Shown here piece after piece: positions 44,768 to 53,289 of a stretch of 64,000 nt of DNA. This DNA is from a virus: IMG/VR virus record IMGVR_UViG_3300028840_002190, one strand, 5' to 3'. Within the stretch, counting starts at the first letter, position 1, and the number at the start of each line of letters is the position of its first letter. The notes beneath the pieces were generated by a model. It made no database searches and was not told the origin of the DNA. It saw only the letters and a program-made list of their open reading frames with translations. The position numbers were made by a program, and so were the translations under genes.

Positions 44768-46566
44768 CAGTACCGCCCCTTCTCTCCTCGACCAAAGTCT
44801 ACGCCATATGCGTACGCAGGAACAGGGTGTGTTCCGTGCAGATTCGAAATATCCCCAAAATGTGCCGCTTCTTGGAGTGTGCTTTTCAAGTTACGATGAC
44901 CGAGGCGCGCAAGCCAATCCGGATGGAGTAGCGGGGCACGCGAAGCAGGTTTCATGATGAACTCTACCTCTGGAGCACGCGGGGCAATCGCAATGGTCTT
45001 TAACCCCTCCTTCTTAAGGTAATGTAATACAGAGGGGGTGACTCTCTGCCCTACAGAGAAGTGAAAGTAGGGCTTTCCTAAAGTTTGTCCGAGAGTCTCG
45101 TTGACGGGGACCTCCTTAGTTCCCGAAGCCAAAGAAGAGCGCAACTTGTTATACGAAACCACGTCCCCCTTGATGAACTTATTAGTCGGGTCATCGAGAA
45201 CGCGAACATGGTTCAGTTCGTTCTTTGCAAGCAACTCAAAATGTCGTTGATCCAGAGTCTTCCCCTGGTTCTCATACAAATCTCGCAGGGTATTTACGAG
45301 GTAAAGCCTCCCTGCGGCCAGCCCCTTGTGGCGCACGATTTCATCTGGCTTAGGGATACCTTCGCTAAGGCGGTCGCCCCTTTCCACGGCGTCACCCTTC
45401 TTCACGACTACTCCCAAATTAGGAGCTACGAAGTGTTGTGTGTTACCTATGTGTACGTAGGAGCCTCCCTGGGGAGCTTTCTCTATTTTTGATACCTTAC
45501 CGTCAATGTCCGCTAGCGTAGCTTTATTCATGAACTGCTTGGGAGACTCGATGATCTGTCGGAATCCCGCAACACCCTGCAGGCGCATTCGGTCACCTTT
45601 GGCTGTGCGAACTCCGTGCTTGGCATCTAAAGCGAACTGACTGAGCGGTTCCCCCATTGCAGAAGCGGAACGTACTCCTACATTAACCCCTAATTCGTGT
45701 ACGTTTCCCTTTTCGTTCAGCCCCTGGCACTTTTGACAGACACCATCATCTGCCTCACAAGTCATAGGGGAGCGCACCAACACCCTGGAAGCCCCACTCT
45801 TTCGAAGCTTCGTCTGCATATCGGAAGTAACTAAAGAGTTCCTGCGGAACTTTCCAGTATCCCGTGCCAGATAACGATCTACGATGTTCGGGTCGGTAAC
45901 CTCCATCGTAATGCCGTTGTGCGTTCCGCAGTCCACTTCCGTTACCAGAGCATCCGCCATGTTGGCCATTAGTATCTTGGTCAACTCGCCAGGCTCCGAA
46001 ACAGAGACGGTACTCTTGATAGTGTCTAGAATGGCCTCGTTACCTGCGACCCAATAGTCCGAAGGTTTGAGCCCCTCACTGTAAGACTTTCGAATTAGCC
46101 AAGGTTCAGTAAAACCGTAAGGGTCACGGGCCGCAGCAGGGGAGCCCACGATCTTCGAAAACTGCACAGGCTTTCCTCGTGCCCCGCTCCGAACTTGCTG
46201 AGTCATCGTCCCAGGGTGTGAGGTCGAAATTCCCACCATCTTCTCCTGGGCATCTTCTGCGATCCTGCTGCGTTGTTTATCCGTAGTAGCTTTGTCAAAA
46301 GCTGTGACGTAAGGTTTCAGGACTTTATTGCGATTCCTATAGTCAGGAGCGATGTCGTCTAGTCCAATAGAAAGGCCCTCCATCGTAGCTAACGCGTCAC
46401 CTTCCCGCTTGAGGTCAGTGATCGTTTTGACGTAAGCTACGGGATCTTTATGCGCGAGCTCATTCATCTTCTTTTTGAGCTCACCCTTCCCCGACTCTCC
46501 TGACAGCCGATATTGCTCGGGAATATGCTGATTTAGCAGAAGCTGTCCTAGTGTTTGCGTCGACAT
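44767..46566 (-). CDS. rpoC: Phage RNA polymerase beta' subunit, C-terminal half
   Basis: SGARG, SYSEGL bridge helix, DCGT, RSPMTC...CQKCQG, ASAMGEPLSQFALDAKHG trigger loop. Confidence 0.92.
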   Translation of the reverse strand: MSTQTLGQLLLNQHIPEQYRLSGESGKGELKKKMNELAHKDPVAYVKTITDLKREGDALATMEGLSIGLDDIAPDYRNRNKVLKPYVTAFDKATTDKQRSRIAEDAQEKMVGISTSHPGTMTQQVRSGARGKPVQFSKIVGSPAAARDPYGFTEPWLIRKSYSEGLKPSDYWVAGNEAILDTIKSTVSVSEPGELTKILMANMADALVTEVDCGTHNGITMEVTDPNIVDRYLARDTGKFRRNSLVTSDMQTKLRKSGASRVLVRSPMTCEADDGVCQKCQGLNEKGNVHELGVNVGVRSASAMGEPLSQFALDAKHGVRTAKGDRMRLQGVAGFRQIIESPKQFMNKATLADIDGKVSKIEKAPQGGSYVHIGNTQHFVAPNLGVVVKKGDAVERGDRLSEGIPKPDEIVRHKGLAAGRLYLVNTLRDLYENQGKTLDQRHFELLAKNELNHVRVLDDPTNKFIKGDVVSYNKLRSSLASGTKEVPVNETLGQTLGKPYFHFSVGQRVTPSVLHYLKKEGLKTIAIAPRAPEVEFIMKPASRAPLLHPDWLARLGHRNLKSTLQEAAHFGDISNLHGTHPVPAYAYGVDFGRGEKGRY

Positions 46567-48153
46567 CTAAAATCCCAACCCAATAGGCGAGGGTCCTGTG
46601 GCCGTCTCGTGCGAAATCTCCTCCTTGGGACCCCAAGAAGTCGGACGGTTAAGCCGGTCCTCTACCCGGTCATCCGCCTTGTTACCACCCTGTCGCTCTG
46701 GAACTCTCAAGGTGTTGAGGAGACCCGCCAACTCCGATGCGGGCATCCCCTCATCCGCGTTCTCCATAGGTTGTTGAGCCTCACTTGTACTGAGACGTTT
46801 TTGTTTTAAGCGTGACCGGATCTCCCGCGTAGCCCCCAACTTCTGGAGCACACGGTCAAACCCTTCCCAGAAAGCCGACATTTTTTGTAGGGCTGTCTTT
46901 CTCATATCCGTCACATTCCTCAATAACCACGCATCTTCCTTGGTTCGGAATAACACGTAGTCCTCCTCAGTACCACCTACACGTCTCTTGAATTTTACCT
47001 TATCCGGAGAGGCGGCGGTAACCTGAACCGGTTCCTTATGCTTAATCTCAACAGATCCCTTCCCATAGCCTTTCATGATGGGTTGCGGACCTGATGCTCC
47101 GAACCCTAGAGCGTAGTCGGCTGTATGGGTAGGGGTTTGAATCGCCAACACGTTCTCTCGAGTAGATGGTAATTTCGCCTTCGGGAGAGCCCAAGAATGG
47201 GCGTGCCCTGTCCAGGGATCGACGAGACGGAGATCGTAGTGCTTACCTGCACGCTCAGCCTTGTGTTCCTGTACAGCTAACATCCAAGACTTGGGTTGCC
47301 GGAATGTAGGAATTTTTTCTACGGGTTTCCCCGCGGGAATCCCCGGAGCGAACTCCTTAGGTTTCTTCTTAGTGCGGAGACGTGTGACGACTTCAAGAGG
47401 GTTGGCATGGGTTGCCGGGTCGAATCTCTTAAGCTCATTATCCCTTACAGGTACGGAGACCAGGCCCGTCTCACTATTCAATGAGTAGGGCGCTCGGATA
47501 GACCCCTGGTCGTGGAAAGTGGAAACGTCCAGACGGATTTGGTCTTTTTCCGGAGGCGTTACCGTGTAAGGATTCTTACGGCGAGCCAACCTCGACATGA
47601 TGCGCTTGACCGTGCGTTCGAGCTTGTTGGTGTCGCGTTCAGCATCCAGCTGACCCCGAACATAAAACCCCGTACCGCCAGAGAAAGAGACATCAGTCTT
47701 ATTGACTCCGGGGATCTTCTGGACTTCACGTTGAACCGCGCGGACCGCAGGCTTCAGCTCTTCGATCCCCACGTCCTTGCCCGCATCGATGTCCACCCAC
47801 ACCTGGTTCGTAGTCTTCCCGATGGTTGGGTGGAACTCCGTGTAACGTCTCGATGTGTACCAGTCGATGTCCTTCCCTGTAGGGATTCGGATAGGTTCAT
47901 CCTTCTTACGGTAACGTCGAACAATAGGAGTATTCGGCTCCCGGTTCATAACCGTAAGCAGATCCTTGTCCTTAAGCTCACGGAAAAGGCGGCGACGTAC
48001 CTCGGGAGTAGAATAGTAATCCAGCACATCCTTCTTGGTCATCTTGATGCCAGTAGAAGGACTATCGATCACGACCGCGTCCAGGTTCTCTACATCCTGG
48101 TACTTCCGGTTAGCCCAGACTGCGGCGCGTTGAGCTGGTGAGGAGTAGGGCAT
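46567..48153 (-). CDS. LigD-like primase-polymerase plus 3'-phosphoesterase fusion, no ligase domain
   Basis: TKKDVLDYY, WVDID, SGGTGF, RAPYS (AEP Pol); VQEHKA...HYDLRL...SWALPK...TPTH (PE). Confidence 0.82.
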   Translation of the reverse strand: MPYSSPAQRAAVWANRKYQDVENLDAVVIDSPSTGIKMTKKDVLDYYSTPEVRRRLFRELKDKDLLTVMNREPNTPIVRRYRKKDEPIRIPTGKDIDWYTSRRYTEFHPTIGKTTNQVWVDIDAGKDVGIEELKPAVRAVQREVQKIPGVNKTDVSFSGGTGFYVRGQLDAERDTNKLERTVKRIMSRLARRKNPYTVTPPEKDQIRLDVSTFHDQGSIRAPYSLNSETGLVSVPVRDNELKRFDPATHANPLEVVTRLRTKKKPKEFAPGIPAGKPVEKIPTFRQPKSWMLAVQEHKAERAGKHYDLRLVDPWTGHAHSWALPKAKLPSTRENVLAIQTPTHTADYALGFGASGPQPIMKGYGKGSVEIKHKEPVQVTAASPDKVKFKRRVGGTEEDYVLFRTKEDAWLLRNVTDMRKTALQKMSAFWEGFDRVLQKLGATREIRSRLKQKRLSTSEAQQPMENADEGMPASELAGLLNTLRVPERQGGNKADDRVEDRLNRPTSWGPKEEISHETATGPSPIGLGF

Positions 48154-51100
48154 TAACCGATACTCACACGCGTCCCAAGACCAATCTCACCACGCTTATA
48201 CGCAGCCATGGCGTCAGCCTTAGTCTTGAACTTCTTGGGCGTCTTATTCTTGTCATCCACACGAGACGCGTGGTGGATACCCATGATCGCCTCATGCTGC
48301 GGAAACACCAGTAGGTCACTTTTGGACTTGTCCCCAAAAAGAAGATTCGAGAGGGTGATATTCTTCGCGTCCTCGACCGCTTTAGGACCTACAGGAACAT
48401 GGAGCATCATTGTGTCCCCATCGTAGTCGGCGTTCATACCTTCTTCCACGAACGGGTTAACTCGGAGGGTGCGCCCAGGGACAGGTACCGGCTTAGCGGC
48501 AACAACATTGTAACGATGCAACGTTGGAGCACGATTCATGAGGACAGGACGCTCCTGGACTTCTCGTCGAAGTGCTTCTTCCGCGGCGGGGTGGCGCTTC
48601 TCTACCATCTGCTTAGCCTGAACAGCTGGGAAACCCTGTTGGACAAGTCGGCGAATGAGAAACTTGTCGTACATCCCCCAAAGCATGTCCTTGGGAACTC
48701 CAACTTCGTCTACTCCAAGGGTGCTATCTGGAACGATAGTCCCGCGGCCAGCCACGTCTTGAGTTCGGGACATAAGCTTCGAGTGGAAGAAACCATGCTT
48801 GGGACCTCCAACACCGGAGATGTACGTCAAGAAACCCTTGTGGTTACGTGCTTTGGACTTCGCCGTAGCGGGTTCGTCAGTCCCGTACACCGCGCCTACT
48901 GCTTGCTGTAAGGCTGGGCGCAATTTCTTTTCCTCGCCGGGAGGGGTGGGCGTCTTGGGGTTCTTAACCTCTTTCATCTGGTTGTTGATGTAGATGAGGT
49001 CTTGGTAGAGAGGGTTAGTATCCCCGTAGATGATCTGCGTTCCACCCTTACCGGGCATGATCGGGCGCATCACCGGAGGTAGTACCGGAACTTTACTAAC
49101 AACGTACGCTTTATCAGGTGTGAGACCCACGTTACGAAGAGCGTTGATGTACTTGAGCTGCTTAACCTCGTTGTCAAGCTGATCAGCCTTACGCCCCTTC
49201 ATCTGTTTGCGTATGTCTTTCTCTTTCTGGTCAAGATCGAGCCTGCCCAACTCACGCTTGATGTGCGCTCCGCCCTTCTCCTGCAGCGTCTGGGAGAGTT
49301 GCGCGTTCGTCATACCGAGAAGGCGGCGAACTGGCTCTTTGAATACAGGATTTACAATGGGCTCAGCCAAGTCAATATGTGACCATCGCGTCCCTCGAAG
49401 ACCGCCAGTTACTCCCGGGTCGAACAGGCCCCCCGCTTCGGGACGTAGGTCTTTCGCACGAACGATCTTAGCGTCCTTCACCTCTCCCGAAGACATCTCC
49501 TTGACGTCGTCATCAGTAAGAGGTCCAAGAGCTACCCTACTACCGTCGCGGCGGACACGCACACCAGCTCCGGTGAGCATCCCGACGAACTTGTCATACG
49601 CGAAAGTCGATTTCGGTTCTGGAGGAGTCATGCCCAGCTGTACACCGCGCCAAAACTCGTCATTCTTCTGACTCTTCACCGTCGCAACTTCCCGGAGGAT
49701 GTTGCGGGCGTTGTGTCCGAGAAGAGCGTCGAACTCCATCTTGCCGATGGCCTTCGCACCTTGAACGCCGCCCTTAGTAGGCTGCAAGTTCATGTCGTAG
49801 GTGCCCGTGCTACGTGCGCTGTAGTTGTTATCAGTAGTCTTGAATAACTTATAGAGATACTGGCGCCCTACGAAGACCTTCGGAATCTTCTTCCCCGAAC
49901 GTGGGTCATAGACCGTTTCCTTGTCTTTGACTCCGTGTTTACGTAGTAAATCTTTTGCCCACTTTACGTTGTCTTCGTTTGTGAAGTTGTCCACTACGAT
50001 AGGCTTACCGGTCTTCTCTACCACTTTACCTACAGCGGTCTCGATGATCTGACTTGGGTTGATACGCGACACCACCCCTGCCGACGTCATAAGAACATCG
50101 ACGGGTTTGCCTGCCTCGTCCTGAATCATTTGGCCATCAGGAACGATCTCTGAAATGACACCTTTGTTGCCGTAGCGACCCGCAATTTTGTCCCCGATCC
50201 CCGCAGGCTCTCGAGTCTTCACGGTGAGGGTGACGCGCTTCGGGGTCTTCACTACGTCAATAACCTCACCCTCGTGATCGTGGTCCCATCCCTGTGTGAA
50301 CTCACGGTGAGGATGGGCCAATGACTTGTGAAGCTTCCCGAGAATGAGGTCATCAGGGGAGAGCTCCGTCTTGCGTACGCCTACGACTACAGGATCCCCG
50401 GGGAGCAGTTTAGTCCCCGGAGCGACTACACCGTCTGTGTCTATAGGCTTGTACTGGTCTTTGGTGTAGTTGTGTCCGTAGTAGGACTTGTGCTTGTTCG
50501 CGCTGAATGTCAGATCGGGATCTTTAGGGATGACAATCTTGTACATGCGCTCAGACGTAAGTTTCTTCGCCGCGGCTTCACTTACGACTACTGCGTCATT
50601 GGAGTTTGCCCCGTAGTAGGGCATGAACGCTACGCTCATGTTCTTACCAAGCGCCAGGGTGCCGTTGCGTGTGAAGTTGGAGTCCCCTAATCGCTGCCCC
50701 GCTTTGACTTCGTCTCCAGGCTTAACCGAAAGGTCATGGTTCAAATAAGTCTTGGCCGCTAGCGGGAAATTTTTATCGTACGGAACCTTCACGAGAGCCG
50801 GACCTCGAGCGGCTGTTTTTTCATGAGGGCGGATGTAGATGAAATCATCATCCACCTTCTTAACAACTCCGCTAACGGGTGCGTAAGGGTTGATGATCTT
50901 ACCGATCATGTTCTCAAACGACTTACCTGAGGGAGTAGCCACTTGTACAAATGGTTCCTCGCGGTCGACGAGCGACAGTGCTTGAACCTGCATCTTGGAT
51001 CCCATCACCGCACGGTTACCCTGTGCGGACTCCAAGAATGGGATGAGATTTGTCGTCGGACTGTACATGCGGGATTGATGCGGGACCTGGTAGTTCACCT

Positions 51101-52511
51101 TCCGAGCAGGAACACGGCGAACAACACCGCGGTCTACCGCGTCCACAGTGCCCCGAATTTCCTGATTCGGAAACGCCAACACTGATTCTTGAAGGTCCCC
51201 CGCTTTGACGTACTTTTCTCGCTTGGACTTTACGTCGTAAACTGGGACGTAGATATCGCCATTCTCGTCCTTCTGCGCGGTCACTGCGGCACGAATGTCG
51301 ATTCCAGCGCGCATGGACTCCGGAGTACGGATAGGGTCAAGGGCCCCCATCTGGGTCACGTGTGTCTGGCGTGCCTCAATAGGAATAGCCCGCTCCGTAG
51401 AAATGCCACCCTCACCCAAAGAAGTGACCCGCATCGCAGAGTCGATGAGGTCTACTGGGTTAGTCTGGTCCGGAATCGAAGACAGCGTAGTCGTCGATAG
51501 GAACTTGAGGAGGTCTTTCGTAAAGGGCCCGGAAGGGATCGCCTTCTTCAAGTTGGGCGTCGCTTCCATCTTAATAGATGCCTTCTTCGCCACCTCTCTG
51601 GCGTGGAGCTTGATCCTTTCTTTGAAGAAGTCGTCCACGGACATGATGGTCTTGAACCCTAGGTTATCTTGGTCGTCGACCTCAGCCTGGTTATTAAAGA
51701 TCTTGAGGACCTTAGTCGAGGCATCCAAGAGGCTTTGAGGCGACACATGGTCGTGCGGTTTACCAATGGTCTGTCGATTAACGTTAGGGTCCATTTTAGC
51801 GTTTCGATAACGCTCCAGAACCTCACGCATCTTAGTCACGGAATCCTGTTCCGACTTCTGCGCGTAAGTGGGGACCTCTTTCTTGTACAGTTTGTCGACA
51901 TACTTGTCGGCCTTTGGCTCCAATACTTTCGCGTTAGCGTCGGCAAGCTTCGGACCCCAAGATTTAGAAATCTCATCGTGAGAAACGCCCGACTTCCTGA
52001 GAATAGGATAGAGCGGGATCTTAGTCGAACTGTACTCGAGTTGAGGCTGCCCCTTCGCAGGGTCCATACTGATACGGAAGTTCGCACCGCCCAACGTGTT
52101 GAATCCTGCTTCGAGAATACCGTTAGCCCGTTTACGCGAGTACACTCCCGGCTTACGGCGAACCATGTTCGACACCGAATGCTCGTTGCCTCCGATGATG
52201 AATGTGTGCCGTGGGGTGAAATATGGCACTCTGACGAGGGTGAAGTTCTTCATCTCGTCAATGGTTTTTCCGTCCTTGTCCTTCATCCGCACTGTACCCT
52301 TCACGGACTCGAACAAGGAGTCGCCCGTGAGGATCGCTTTCTTCTGTTCAGAGGGGCTGTAGTCTTTCCCGACCACCTCAACATCATCAACTTCGATAGT
52401 CTTGTTCCGAGAAAGTATCGGAAAGGACTCCTTCAGCCCCTCAACAACCTTCTGGCGGATGAGTTCTCGGCGCTGATCAGGCCCGACCATTAGGGGAGTC
52501 AGATTAGGCAT
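48153..52511 (-). CDS. rpoB: Phage RNA polymerase beta subunit fused to the N-terminal half of beta'
   Basis: GNRAVMGSKMQ, GDKIAGRYGNKG, ARSTG (beta); PVLPPVMRP, NRAPTLHR, NADYDGD catalytic loop (beta'). Confidence 0.95.
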   Translation of the reverse strand: MPNLTPLMVGPDQRRELIRQKVVEGLKESFPILSRNKTIEVDDVEVVGKDYSPSEQKKAILTGDSLFESVKGTVRMKDKDGKTIDEMKNFTLVRVPYFTPRHTFIIGGNEHSVSNMVRRKPGVYSRKRANGILEAGFNTLGGANFRISMDPAKGQPQLEYSSTKIPLYPILRKSGVSHDEISKSWGPKLADANAKVLEPKADKYVDKLYKKEVPTYAQKSEQDSVTKMREVLERYRNAKMDPNVNRQTIGKPHDHVSPQSLLDASTKVLKIFNNQAEVDDQDNLGFKTIMSVDDFFKERIKLHAREVAKKASIKMEATPNLKKAIPSGPFTKDLLKFLSTTTLSSIPDQTNPVDLIDSAMRVTSLGEGGISTERAIPIEARQTHVTQMGALDPIRTPESMRAGIDIRAAVTAQKDENGDIYVPVYDVKSKREKYVKAGDLQESVLAFPNQEIRGTVDAVDRGVVRRVPARKVNYQVPHQSRMYSPTTNLIPFLESAQGNRAVMGSKMQVQALSLVDREEPFVQVATPSGKSFENMIGKIINPYAPVSGVVKKVDDDFIYIRPHEKTAARGPALVKVPYDKNFPLAAKTYLNHDLSVKPGDEVKAGQRLGDSNFTRNGTLALGKNMSVAFMPYYGANSNDAVVVSEAAAKKLTSERMYKIVIPKDPDLTFSANKHKSYYGHNYTKDQYKPIDTDGVVAPGTKLLPGDPVVVGVRKTELSPDDLILGKLHKSLAHPHREFTQGWDHDHEGEVIDVVKTPKRVTLTVKTREPAGIGDKIAGRYGNKGVISEIVPDGQMIQDEAGKPVDVLMTSAGVVSRINPSQIIETAVGKVVEKTGKPIVVDNFTNEDNVKWAKDLLRKHGVKDKETVYDPRSGKKIPKVFVGRQYLYKLFKTTDNNYSARSTGTYDMNLQPTKGGVQGAKAIGKMEFDALLGHNARNILREVATVKSQKNDEFWRGVQLGMTPPEPKSTFAYDKFVGMLTGAGVRVRRDGSRVALGPLTDDDVKEMSSGEVKDAKIVRAKDLRPEAGGLFDPGVTGGLRGTRWSHIDLAEPIVNPVFKEPVRRLLGMTNAQLSQTLQEKGGAHIKRELGRLDLDQKEKDIRKQMKGRKADQLDNEVKQLKYINALRNVGLTPDKAYVVSKVPVLPPVMRPIMPGKGGTQIIYGDTNPLYQDLIYINNQMKEVKNPKTPTPPGEEKKLRPALQQAVGAVYGTDEPATAKSKARNHKGFLTYISGVGGPKHGFFHSKLMSRTQDVAGRGTIVPDSTLGVDEVGVPKDMLWGMYDKFLIRRLVQQGFPAVQAKQMVEKRHPAAEEALRREVQERPVLMNRAPTLHRYNVVAAKPVPVPGRTLRVNPFVEEGMNADYDGDTMMLHVPVGPKAVEDAKNITLSNLLFGDKSKSDLLVFPQHEAIMGIHHASRVDDKNKTPKKFKTKADAMAAYKRGEIGLGTRVSIG

Positions 52512-52743
52512 ACGTCCTCCAACGTTTTCTAAGTATAGAACACGTTCTCAGAATCCCGAATCCCATTTTGGTAAAAGAATATGTGGACGACAAGAGGATT
52601 CTTTCCAAGGAGGTGACAATGAAGTCCCACATGTACCAGGTGAGCAGCTCGGGGTGATCATCGAACTTCTCTGGGAGTTCTTCAAGGCTCTCAAGAAGTA
52701 GTTCGACACGATCAACCCGAACCGTCTCCACAGACGTGAGACG

Positions 52744-53289
52744 TCACTCTTCCGAGGGTGGCGTCTCTTTTTTGGCGAAAGCTGCTTCAGGGTTGGGAGG
52801 ATAGACAGATTTTTCCGCGGCTTCTTCCGCCTTGCGTTTTTCCTCTTCCAGGAACACAGGGTCGGTCTCGAGCCACGCGAGTTCTACACAACGAGTACCG
52901 TCATGGAGTTGAAAGTGCTCTTCGAACTCCTTCACACCCTTACCTGACAGGAGCTTATCCTTGACTTCTTTGTAGTCGACTACCTGCACGTGAGGACACG
53001 TGTAGTCTCCGACGTCGGGGAGCTCCACTTCATCCTTGGCAATCATGGCCTTGCAACGATCACACTTACTCCAGGGCCTCCAAACCACGAATGTGCGCAA
53101 ATAGCTCACCATGCGCACTTGACGGGCGGGTTGCAGCTTATCGATCTCTTTTGCTACGAGAGGGATGTTGTCTTTGGGAGGTCCGAATAGAGTGGGGAGC
53201 TCCACTTCGGCAGACATCCGAGGTACTTCTCCTCGGGCACTTGACAAGAGATCTACAAACGAATCTGGTTGTCCAGGTTGTTGCGCCAT
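52744..53289 (-). CDS. Hypothetical protein with Cys cluster
   Basis: 181 aa, coupled to portal; CDRC...CPH. Confidence 0.7.
   Translation of the reverse strand: MAQQPGQPDSFVDLLSSARGEVPRMSAEVELPTLFGPPKDNIPLVAKEIDKLQPARQVRMVSYLRTFVVWRPWSKCDRCKAMIAKDEVELPDVGDYTCPHVQVVDYKEVKDKLLSGKGVKEFEEHFQLHDGTRCVELAWLETDPVFLEEEKRKAEEAAEKSVYPPNPEAAFAKKETPPSEE

Larger units (their letters stand above)
3799..52537 (-). promoter_or_regulatory. Recurrent TATA(C/A)TT late-promoter motif (9 sites)
   Basis: Plus-strand AA(G/T)TATA at 3799, 5115, 15667, 21292, 27275, 30597, 42970, 44236, 52531, each within about 60 nt upstream of a minus-strand start. Confidence 0.7.

Noticed and set aside
52504-52731. 75-aa ORF upstream of RNAP
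   Set aside because: Overlaps the RNAP promoter, RBS and start; protein-likeness is weak and I could not support it.
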